A stretch of DNA of 45,616 nt from an uncultured Anaerolineaceae bacterium. GTDB lineage: Bacteria > Chloroflexota > Anaerolineae > UBA4142. The stretch covers positions 15,676-61,291 of the forward strand of contig CAZPIR010000001.1 in assembly GCA_964586085.1 (NCBI GenBank), read 5' to 3'. Positions 1 to 7,257 of this stretch are shown piece after piece (position 1 is the first letter of the stretch; every line of letters begins with the position of its first letter). A program made the position numbers and the translations under genes. The notes below the pieces were generated by a model. It searched no databases. It was not told where the DNA came from and was given only the letters and a program-made list of their open reading frames with translations.

Positions 1-1
1 C

Positions 2-460
2 CAAGAAGGCCCCGGAGCAAGAGGGGGTGACGCCGTGAGCGCCCGCCCCCGCTCGAACGTGTGCGCCCCCTACGACCGGTGGCGCGGCACCTGGCAGGAG
101 CTCGCCGACGCGACCGGCATCCCGGTTAACCTCGCTCTCGAATCTGCGCCCACGCTCGATGCGTTGCCCGCCGCGCACACGCTCACACTGTATCGCGCCG
201 CGCAGGAAGGGTTGACGAACGCGCACAAGCACGCACACGCGACGCGCGTGGACATCGCGATTGATTTTTCGAGCGAACGGGTTACTTTGCGCGTCACCGA
301 CAACGGCACCGGACGCGACGACTCGACCACCTCCAGCGGATTTGGTTTGCTCGGTCTGCGCGAGCGCGTCGAACTACTCGACGGTGAACTATCCACGCAA
401 AATCGCGCCGAGGGCGGATTTGAACTGCGCGTCGAATTGCCAGTAAAAACAAGTTCGTAA
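2..460 (+). CDS. Sensor histidine kinase, C-terminal fragment (HATPase_c, NarL-partner type); 5' end outside the window
   Basis: The frame is open to the window edge. It carries an N-box (LYRAAQEGLTNAHKHA), G1 (VTDNGTG) and G2 (GFGLLGLRERV). A NarL-type regulator follows 36 nt downstream. Confidence 0.85.
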   Translation, partial: QEGPGARGGDAVSARPRSNVCAPYDRWRGTWQELADATGIPVNLALESAPTLDALPAAHTLTLYRAAQEGLTNAHKHAHATRVDIAIDFSSERVTLRVTDNGTGRDDSTTSSGFGLLGLRERVELLDGELSTQNRAEGGFELRVELPVKTSS

Positions 461-496
461 TTCAAAATTCAAAACTCTGACTCGTGGATTTTCACA

Positions 497-1162
497 ATGC
501 CTGACATTCGCGTTCTCATCGTGGACGACCAAACCTTGATGCGTCAAGGATTGCAAACTTTACTCGAAATGCAAGACGACATTCGTATCGTCGGACAAGC
601 CGGCGATGGCGTGGAAGCGCTCGCGCAAGCGGACGCGCTCAAACCGGATGTCGTGTTGATGGATGTGCGAATGCCACGCATGGATGGCGTGGAAGCGACG
701 CGGCAAATCCGTGCGCGCTTGCCCGCGACCCAGGTCATCATCCTCACGACGTTCGACGACGACGAGTACGTGTTCGAGGGTTTGCGCGCCGGCGCGATGG
801 GCTACTTGCTCAAAGACGTGTCCGCCGAAACCATCGCGGACGCAATTCGGCGCGTCGCGCGCGGCGAGGCGTTGATTCAACCCAGCATCGCACGCAAAGT
901 CGTCGCGGAATTTACGCGGCTCGGCACGCCGACCAATCGCCCGCAACTCCAAGCGCAACCCAGTTCGCCCGATGCACTAAGCGAACGCGAGATGGAAATT
1001 TTGCGCTTGCTCGCGCAGGGCTTGTCCAATCGCGAAATCGCGGACAAATTATTCATCACCGAAGGCACCGTCAAGAATCACGTCTCAAATATTCTCGCCA
1101 AGCTCGGCGTGCGTGACCGCACGCAAGCCGTGTTGAAGGCAAAAGAAAATGGATGGGTGTGA
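497..1162 (+). CDS. Response regulator, NarL/FixJ family (REC + LuxR-type HTH)
   Basis: REC motifs VLIVDDQ and VVLMDVRMPRMDG. C-terminal LuxR HTH: LSEREMEILRLLAQGLSNREIADKLFITEGTVKNHVSNILAKLGV. Confidence 0.95.
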   Translation: MPDIRVLIVDDQTLMRQGLQTLLEMQDDIRIVGQAGDGVEALAQADALKPDVVLMDVRMPRMDGVEATRQIRARLPATQVIILTTFDDDEYVFEGLRAGAMGYLLKDVSAETIADAIRRVARGEALIQPSIARKVVAEFTRLGTPTNRPQLQAQPSSPDALSEREMEILRLLAQGLSNREIADKLFITEGTVKNHVSNILAKLGVRDRTQAVLKAKENGWV

Positions 1163-1168
1163 TTGTAA

Positions 1169-1206
1169 GGGCGAAGCATTTTTTATAGTTCAAAAATGCT
1201 TCGCCC
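1169..1206. repeat. Perfect 15-bp stem hairpin (GGGCGAAGCATTTTT / AAAAATGCTTCGCCC, 8-nt loop) just after the regulator stop
   Basis: The arms at 1169-1183 and 1192-1206 are exact reverse complements. No T-run follows, so this is not a canonical terminator. Confidence 0.7.
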
Positions 1207-1215
1207 CTACAACAA

Positions 1216-1231
1216 TATGACTATAGTCATA
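1216..1231. promoter_or_regulatory. Perfect 16-nt palindrome TATGACTATAGTCATA, candidate operator
   Basis: The sequence is self-complementary, lies between two hairpins and is upstream of the SDR gene. A related half-site, AATATGACCTAGGT, sits at 1270-1283. Confidence 0.4.
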
Positions 1232-1235
1232 CTCC

Positions 1236-1260
1236 GCCGCGCAAATGCGCGGCTTTTTTT
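1236..1260 (+). terminator. Intrinsic terminator after the response regulator
   Basis: GCCGCGCA / TGCGCGGC stem followed by seven Ts. Confidence 0.75.
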
Positions 1261-1347
1261 ATGCCCGCGAATATGACCTAGGTGCGATGTGCAGGCGACT
1301 ACTCTGCGATAAAATCGCCGTGAAAATAAATTGCAAAGAGGTCACAC

Positions 1348-2148
1348 GTGGAATTGAAAAATAAATTGATGTTGATTACCGGCGCGTCGAGCGGCATCGG
1401 CGCGGCAACAGCCATCCTCGCGGCGAATGCGGGCGCGGATGTGATTTTGCTCGCACGCGATCAAGCTCGCCTGGAAAAAATCGCGGCGCAAATTCGCGCG
1501 AGCCAACGCCGCGCGTACGTGTACTCGATTGACCTCACCGACGCGCCAGCCGTCGAATTGGTCGCGCAAAAAATCATCGCCGAGGTCGGCGTGCCCGATG
1601 TGATTTTCAACAATGCCGGCGCAGGCAAATGGCAGTTCATCGAAGAGACGAGCGCGCAAGATGCCGTGACGATGATGGCGAGTCCGTACTTTGCCGCGTT
1701 TTTTCTCACACGCCAGTTTTTACCGGCACTGCTCAAACGCAACAGCGGTCACATCGTCAACATGACCTCGCTTGCCGGACACATGGCTTGGCCCGGCGCA
1801 ACCGCGTACACTGCCGCGCGTTGGGCGATGCGCGGATTCACCGAAGCATTGCGCGCCGATCTCGCCGGCACAAACATTCACGTCACACTCGCCACGTTCG
1901 CCAAAATTTCCAGCGACTACTGGGATCACAATCCAGAGAGCGAAGCGCGCGTGCCCAAAGCGCAAGCCAGCATTCCGGTGCTCACGCCGGAACAAGCCGC
2001 CGCCGAAATTATTCGCGGCATCCAAAACAATCGCGAAGAAATCGTCGCGCCGTTCATGTTGAAAACCATTTTGGTTTTGAACACCCTCTTTCCGAAAATC
2101 AATCGTCAGGCGATATATTCGAGCGGCTATCAACGCAACGCCGCATAA
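1348..2148 (+). CDS. Short-chain dehydrogenase/reductase (SDR) family oxidoreductase
   Basis: GTG start with an AGAGG RBS. Cofactor motif ITGASSGIGAATA and NNAG. The active-site region reads S-x12-YTAAR, with Arg where Y-x3-K is expected. Confidence 0.9.
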   Translation: MELKNKLMLITGASSGIGAATAILAANAGADVILLARDQARLEKIAAQIRASQRRAYVYSIDLTDAPAVELVAQKIIAEVGVPDVIFNNAGAGKWQFIEETSAQDAVTMMASPYFAAFFLTRQFLPALLKRNSGHIVNMTSLAGHMAWPGATAYTAARWAMRGFTEALRADLAGTNIHVTLATFAKISSDYWDHNPESEARVPKAQASIPVLTPEQAAAEIIRGIQNNREEIVAPFMLKTILVLNTLFPKINRQAIYSSGYQRNAA

Positions 2149-2187
2149 TCCGTTTTACGCAATTTCACAACGAAAGGGAAAAACATC

Positions 2188-3036
2188 ATGTCACAAAAAA
2201 TTTTAGTCGTCGGTGGTACGGGCAAACTCGGCGAGCCGGTCGCGCGTCAATTGCGCGCCGACGGTTACGCGGTGCGCGTGTTCACTCGCAATCTAGCGCA
2301 GGCGCGCGCAACATTCGGCGCCGAGTACGAAATCGTCGTCGGCGATGTCGAGGATGTGCGTTCACTGCAAACGGCAATGCAAGGTTGCTTTGGCGTCCAC
2401 ATCAACCTTGATGGGCACGGCGATTTCGACCTGGAACGGCGCGGCGTGGAAAACATTGCGCGCGCCGCCAAACAGACCCAGGTCGAGCGCATCACGTACC
2501 TCTCCGGCGCGAGCGTCGTCGCCGAAAATACATGGTTCGCCGGCACACGCGCCAAGTTGCAAGCCGAAACCGCTCTGCGCGAATCGGGCGTGCCGTACAC
2601 AATTTTCAAAGCGACGTTTTTCATGGAATCGTTGCCACGGTACGTGCAAGGCAAACGCGCCAGCGTGATTGGCAAACAACCGTCGCCCTGGCACTGGGTC
2701 GCCGCGAACGATTACGCGCGAATGGTTTCAAAAGCGTATGCCACACCTGCCGCCGCGAACAAGCAATTTTACATCTACGGACCCGACGCGTACACGATGC
2801 GTCAAGCGCTCGAAAAATATTGCGCGCTGGCACAACCCGGCGTCGCCGTCGGCGATTTGCCGCTGTGGATGGCGGGCTTGATTGCGCGCACGAGCGGCGC
2901 AAAAGAATTGCGCGCACAACTCCCATTCTTTGAATACACCGGGCGCATTCACGAAACCGGCGATTGCCGAGAAGCCAATCAAATCCTGGGTGCACCGACG
3001 ACGACGTTGGAACAGTGGGCGCAATCGCAAATGTGA
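2188..3036 (+). CDS. NmrA-like / atypical SDR NAD(P)-binding protein
   Basis: N-terminal Rossmann motif ILVVGGTGKLGEPVARQL. Length and layout fit NmrA/HSCARG-like proteins. Confidence 0.8.
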   Translation: MSQKILVVGGTGKLGEPVARQLRADGYAVRVFTRNLAQARATFGAEYEIVVGDVEDVRSLQTAMQGCFGVHINLDGHGDFDLERRGVENIARAAKQTQVERITYLSGASVVAENTWFAGTRAKLQAETALRESGVPYTIFKATFFMESLPRYVQGKRASVIGKQPSPWHWVAANDYARMVSKAYATPAAANKQFYIYGPDAYTMRQALEKYCALAQPGVAVGDLPLWMAGLIARTSGAKELRAQLPFFEYTGRIHETGDCREANQILGAPTTTLEQWAQSQM

Positions 3037-3117
3037 CCTGCAATATGCCGAATGGCACATGCCAACATGACCTCGTATAAAGTATGCTAACTTCAAAGAA
3101 ACCAAAGGAGTAACCCT

Positions 3118-5280
3118 ATGAAAAAAACATCTCGCCGCATCTCCGGCACCGCCTGGATTTTCATCGCCTTCATTCCCTGGATCGCGTACTGGGTTTTGTC
3201 CGGACCAAATTTGACTATCCCGGGCATTCTCGCCGCGCTCGTCGTTTCGCTTGCGATCAATGGCTATCGCTTGCGCGAGGGCGGCATCAAATTGATGGAC
3301 GCGGTCACGCTCGCGTTCTTTGCGCTTCACTTGATCTTTAATCTGGTTTTGCGAAATGATTTGTTCGATCGCTATGGCTCGGCGCTCGTCTATGTCGCGC
3401 TCGCAGGGATGGCGTGGGGTTCGCTCATTGCCCGCAGTCCGTTCACCTACCAGTACGCGCGCGATGATTGGCCTCGCGAGTTTTGGAATCAGCCGCTCTT
3501 TCGCCGCGTCAACGAAATCATCACAATCGTGTGGGGCGTGATTTTCACACTCGACCTTGCGCTCGCATTCGTCGCCATTGCCTTGCCCGATTACAAAATT
3601 CTCTTCGCCGCGATTCTGCCGAACGTCATGCTCGCACCCGGCATCGTGTTCTCGATTGTGTTTCCAAAATGGTACACGCGCCGCGATGTGGTGAAAACCA
3701 TCGAGCAACAGACGCGCCCATTCGGTTGGGACGCGCCCGCCTTTCCGCCCGCGCCGCCGCTCGCCGCAAACGAGTACGACGCAATCATCATCGGCTCGGG
3801 GATGGGCGGCTTGACGACCGGCGCATTGCTCGCCAAACGCGGACTCAAAACACTCGTCGTCGAGCAAGCGCATTACGTCGGCGGCTTTTGCGCGGATTTT
3901 CGCCGCTTGCATCAACAGTACGTTTTCGATATGGGCGTCCACGACATTAGCGGATTCGGCGAACGCGGCACGATGCGCTGGCTGATGAAAACGCTCGACC
4001 TGGAATCGCGCGTGCAATTTCTGCGCATGAAGCAAAAGTACGTTTTCAACGACCTGGGCGTCACGCTGAACGTGCCCGACGATGCGAACGAATTCGCCGC
4101 GCAACTCGGCGAACTGTTTCCCGCCGAACGGGAACACGTGCGCGAATTTTTCGCCGAGATGCGTCACGTGTACGACGAACTGTACGCGTACGCCGAAGAT
4201 GGCGCGCCCGTCACCGGCGTCCACGATCCCGACGAAAGAATGCGCTATCCGATCACGCATCCGCATCTCGTCCATTGGATGGACGCGCCGTTCAACACGA
4301 TGCTCGATCATTACATCGGCGACGAGCGACTCAAAAAAGTGTTGCGTGCGCTCACCGCTTATCAAACCGACAAGGACCAAGAGTTATCTGTCCTGAATAT
4401 GGTGCCGATCTTTGGTTATTATTTTGACGGTGGCTTTTATCCGCAAGGCGGATCGGGCGCATTGCCGCGCGCAGTCGCAGATGTGATTCGCGCGAACGGT
4501 GGCACAATTCTGCTCAAGCAGACGGTGGAAAAGATTTTGGTGGAGAACGGCACAGCACGCGGAATTAAATTGGCGGACGGACGCGAGTTTCGCGCGCGCG
4601 TCGTCATCTCGAACGCGGATGCGCGCAAAACCTTTCTCGATCTCGTCGGCGCGGAACATTTGCCGAAAAAATATCTCGACACGATCACCACTCTGCAACC
4701 AACCACTTCGTTCTTTGGCGTGTTCCTGGGTCTCGATTACGCGCCGCCGCTCGCGCCGCTCACCATGTATCGCGACGAAAACGGCAACGGGCTGGGTCTG
4801 ATGTTACCGTCCCAGGTTGATTCGTCGCTCGCACCGAACGGACATCACGTCCTCACCATCTTTCGCTTGCTCTCGCAACCCGAAGCGGCAGAGTGGAAAC
4901 GATCGGGCGCGGATTACAAAGCGCGGAAAAACGCAATGATGGAAGAAACGATCAGTAGGGCGGAAAAGATCGTCCCAGGTTTGCGCGCGCACATCGTCAC
5001 GCGCGATGCGGCAACGCCGGCAACCGTGACGCGGTACACCTCGCATCCCGCCGGTGCGATTTACGGCTCGGCACGTGGCATGACCCGCCTGCCCAATCAA
5101 ACGCCGATTCGCAACTTGTATCTCGTCGGCGCGAGCGCCACGCCGGGTGCCGGCGTCGAAGCGGTCACACTCTCTGGCATTGCCGTCGCTCATGCGGTTT
5201 GCCCGGAACGACTAGCGCGCCAGGTCAGGTTGGTGGCACCGCAACACTCGACCAAGCAGATGGTTTTCAAACCAGCGTAA
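3118..5280 (+). CDS. Fusion protein: N-terminal multi-TM domain (about 205 aa) + phytoene-desaturase/amine-oxidase-like FAD oxidoreductase
   Basis: GGAG RBS. Hydrophobic helices occupy the first roughly 200 aa. The FAD dinucleotide motif YDAIIIGSGMGGLTTGALLAKRGLKTLVVEQAHYVGG follows, with a C-terminal GAS..PGAGV motif typical of CrtI-like enzymes. Confidence 0.85.
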   Translation: MKKTSRRISGTAWIFIAFIPWIAYWVLSGPNLTIPGILAALVVSLAINGYRLREGGIKLMDAVTLAFFALHLIFNLVLRNDLFDRYGSALVYVALAGMAWGSLIARSPFTYQYARDDWPREFWNQPLFRRVNEIITIVWGVIFTLDLALAFVAIALPDYKILFAAILPNVMLAPGIVFSIVFPKWYTRRDVVKTIEQQTRPFGWDAPAFPPAPPLAANEYDAIIIGSGMGGLTTGALLAKRGLKTLVVEQAHYVGGFCADFRRLHQQYVFDMGVHDISGFGERGTMRWLMKTLDLESRVQFLRMKQKYVFNDLGVTLNVPDDANEFAAQLGELFPAEREHVREFFAEMRHVYDELYAYAEDGAPVTGVHDPDERMRYPITHPHLVHWMDAPFNTMLDHYIGDERLKKVLRALTAYQTDKDQELSVLNMVPIFGYYFDGGFYPQGGSGALPRAVADVIRANGGTILLKQTVEKILVENGTARGIKLADGREFRARVVISNADARKTFLDLVGAEHLPKKYLDTITTLQPTTSFFGVFLGLDYAPPLAPLTMYRDENGNGLGLMLPSQVDSSLAPNGHHVLTIFRLLSQPEAAEWKRSGADYKARKNAMMEETISRAEKIVPGLRAHIVTRDAATPATVTRYTSHPAGAIYGSARGMTRLPNQTPIRNLYLVGASATPGAGVEAVTLSGIAVAHAVCPERLARQVRLVAPQHSTKQMVFKPA

Positions 5281-5282
5281 TT

Positions 5283-5316
5283 AAAAATGCCGCCGAAATT
5301 CTCCGGCGGCATTTTT
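5283..5316. terminator. Bidirectional intrinsic terminator between convergent genes
   Basis: ATGCCGCCG / CGGCGGCAT stem flanked by an A5 run upstream and a T5 run downstream. Confidence 0.8.
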
Positions 5317-5329
5317 AATTTGCAGAAAA

Positions 5330-6409
5330 TTATCCGTTTGGCTCGCCCGGTGTTTTGGGTCCGCGCAGTACGGTTCTGATCAAGCCATCAAAGTACTCGA
5401 TGACGTAATCGAGTTTAAAGCCGGCGAACACGGTCACGAGAAACAAGAGCGCCGAGCCTGCCGCAATGTCGCCGGGTTTTGCGCTCGCCGATGCGACGAC
5501 GCCGGTGAACAAGAATGCCTGCGCGAAGAGATACAAGATCGCGCCGACCAGCGCACCGAAAAATGGCCGCACCATGTAATTGATGTTGAACGCCGGGTCG
5601 TAATCGCGATGTTGCAAGTACCACAGCAAATTGTACGCGCCACCCAGCACGCCGCCAATGCCGCCCCACGCAAGCACGCGCAAGAACGTAATCAACTCAC
5701 TCGACACGGGCAAGCCAAACAAGGTGAGGTTTTGAATGAACGTGATGGCGAGCAAACCACCAAACACAAAGAGCATCAGCACTTGCCACGCCCACACACC
5801 CATCACCACCGGGCTTTTCGCCGCGCGAATACTCTTGACGCTACGCTTCAAGCGGGCGTCCACCGATTGCGCGAGATATTCCGCCGTCGCATAATCACGT
5901 TTGAGAAACGCATCGCGCGCATCGCGCAGAACAAGCATACACTCGCGCACGACCACCGGGCTGTCCGGCAAATCCATCTTGACGTCATCGTACAAACGAT
6001 CGATGCGAAACGAGAGGTCGGCGGCAAATCGTTCATCCGAGCGTGGCGTGTATGCCGACGCTGGAATATCAAACGCGGTTTCGATGGGCGCCGGTTCGCT
6101 GGGCGGCGTAGACAAGGGCATTTCGATTTCGCTCGATGGCACTTCAAACATCGGCGCCGGAGCCGGCGTGTCAACCCGTGCCGATGGGAACGATGGCATC
6201 CAATCGGTTTCTTCTTGGGTTGTCACGTTTTCGACTGGCACGGGTGTGTGCGGAACAGGTTCGGGAAAATTTTCCTCAATCGGCGGCGGCGTAACGTTCG
6301 CTACCGGTTGCGGCGGTTCGACAATATAGTTTGGCGAGTTAGTCGCACCACTGTCACCAAACAGCGCATCCACCGGACGCGCAGGCACATCATTCTTCCG
6401 GTCGGGCAT
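5330..6409 (-). CDS. Membrane protein: Pro/Glu-rich N-terminal region, helical segment, four predicted TM helices; no family recognised
   Basis: Its ATG lies inside the last codons of the upstream ParA-like gene (20-nt overlap). The C-terminal half is hydrophobic, for example VMGVWAWQVLMLFVFGGLLAITFI and FLRVLAWGGIGGVLGGAYNLLWYL. Confidence 0.75.
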   Translation of the reverse strand: MPDRKNDVPARPVDALFGDSGATNSPNYIVEPPQPVANVTPPPIEENFPEPVPHTPVPVENVTTQEETDWMPSFPSARVDTPAPAPMFEVPSSEIEMPLSTPPSEPAPIETAFDIPASAYTPRSDERFAADLSFRIDRLYDDVKMDLPDSPVVVRECMLVLRDARDAFLKRDYATAEYLAQSVDARLKRSVKSIRAAKSPVVMGVWAWQVLMLFVFGGLLAITFIQNLTLFGLPVSSELITFLRVLAWGGIGGVLGGAYNLLWYLQHRDYDPAFNINYMVRPFFGALVGAILYLFAQAFLFTGVVASASAKPGDIAAGSALLFLVTVFAGFKLDYVIEYFDGLIRTVLRGPKTPGEPNG

Positions 6410-7160
6410 TGATTATTACCTCCGCGAGAGCGCGATAAGATTCTGCCGCATCGCCCGTGCGATCAATTTCCAAGATGGTGCGATGCGCGGCAGGGGCTTC
6501 GGCAAAACGCGTGCTCTCTTTGATTGCGACGGGAAGCACTTTGTTGGGATAGGTCGTGCGGACTTTTTCCAACACTTCGCGTGAGTGAACCCGTCGCGCG
6601 TTATACATGGTCGGCACGATGCCGACGAGACGCAATTTGGGATTGAGTCGGCGTTGCACACGCGCGACCACATCAATCAACGTGTCCAAGCCACGCATCG
6701 CGAGAAATTCGCATTGCAATGGCACGATAATTTCATCGGCGGCGGTCAACGCATTGACCGTTAGCAAGCCGAGACTGGGCGGACAATCGAGCAACACATA
6801 ATCATAACGATCCCGCACCGTCGCGAGCGCATCGCGCAAAATAAACTCACGCCCCATCATCGCCACGAGTTGCAATTCTGCGCCGGCAAGGTCAATGTTC
6901 GACGGCACAATGTCGAGGTGCGGGCGCACGTGATGAGTGACCGCGGCAATTGGAATGCGCGTGTCGGTGAGAATCGAATAGAGTGTAAATTCGAGGTCGT
7001 ATGCCGGCAAACCGAGACCAATCGAAAGCGCGCCTTGCGGATCCATATCGAGCAAAAGCGTGTAATGCCCTTTTTCCGCCAACGCCGCGCCGAGGTTGAT
7101 GGTCGTCGTCGTTTTACCGACGCCGCCTTTTTGGTTTGTTACCGCGATAACGCGTCCCAT
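6390..7160 (-). CDS. ParA/Soj-family P-loop ATPase
   Basis: Deviant Walker A in VIAVTNQKGGVGKTTTTINL, plus LLLDMDPQG and DYVLLDCPPSL. I chose the ATG at 7160 (MGRVIAV), which has an AAGGAAAC RBS, rather than the ORF-track start at 7208. Confidence 0.92.
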   Translation of the reverse strand: MGRVIAVTNQKGGVGKTTTTINLGAALAEKGHYTLLLDMDPQGALSIGLGLPAYDLEFTLYSILTDTRIPIAAVTHHVRPHLDIVPSNIDLAGAELQLVAMMGREFILRDALATVRDRYDYVLLDCPPSLGLLTVNALTAADEIIVPLQCEFLAMRGLDTLIDVVARVQRRLNPKLRLVGIVPTMYNARRVHSREVLEKVRTTYPNKVLPVAIKESTRFAEAPAAHRTILEIDRTGDAAESYRALAEVIINARPEE

Positions 7161-7179
7161 AGTTTCCTTGTCGCGGCGG

Positions 7180-7188
7180 ATTATACCA
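7180..7188 (-). promoter_or_regulatory. Extended -10 promoter element (TGgTATAAT) for the ParA-like operon
   Basis: The minus strand reads TGGTATAAT about 20 nt upstream of the RBS and ATG at 7160. Confidence 0.6.
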
Positions 7189-7209
7189 CAGAACAAGTCA
7201 AAAAACACT

Positions 7210-7238
7210 TTGACTATTCACGACGCTCGTGCTACAAT
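7210..7238 (+). promoter_or_regulatory. Near-consensus sigma70 promoter for the NACHT-HEAT operon
   Basis: TTGACT (7210-7215), 17-nt spacer, TACAAT (7233-7238). The ATG is at 7258 and is preceded by GAAAGGA. Confidence 0.75.
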
Positions 7239-7257
7239 CTCGCGCCGAAAGGACATT

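Noticed and set aside
2728-4380. 550-aa minus-strand ORF, the longest alternative ORF in the area
   Set aside because: It is antisense to the FAD-oxidoreductase gene, which has a clear dinucleotide-binding motif. Its product is Arg/His/Gly-rich with no motifs and no RBS. This is a typical shadow frame in GC-rich DNA.
7096-7257. ORF-track start of the NACHT gene at 7096
   Set aside because: That extension would overlap the ParA start codon and run through the divergent promoters. The ATG at 7258 lies 20 nt downstream of the TTGACT-17-TACAAT promoter and has a GAAAGGA RBS.
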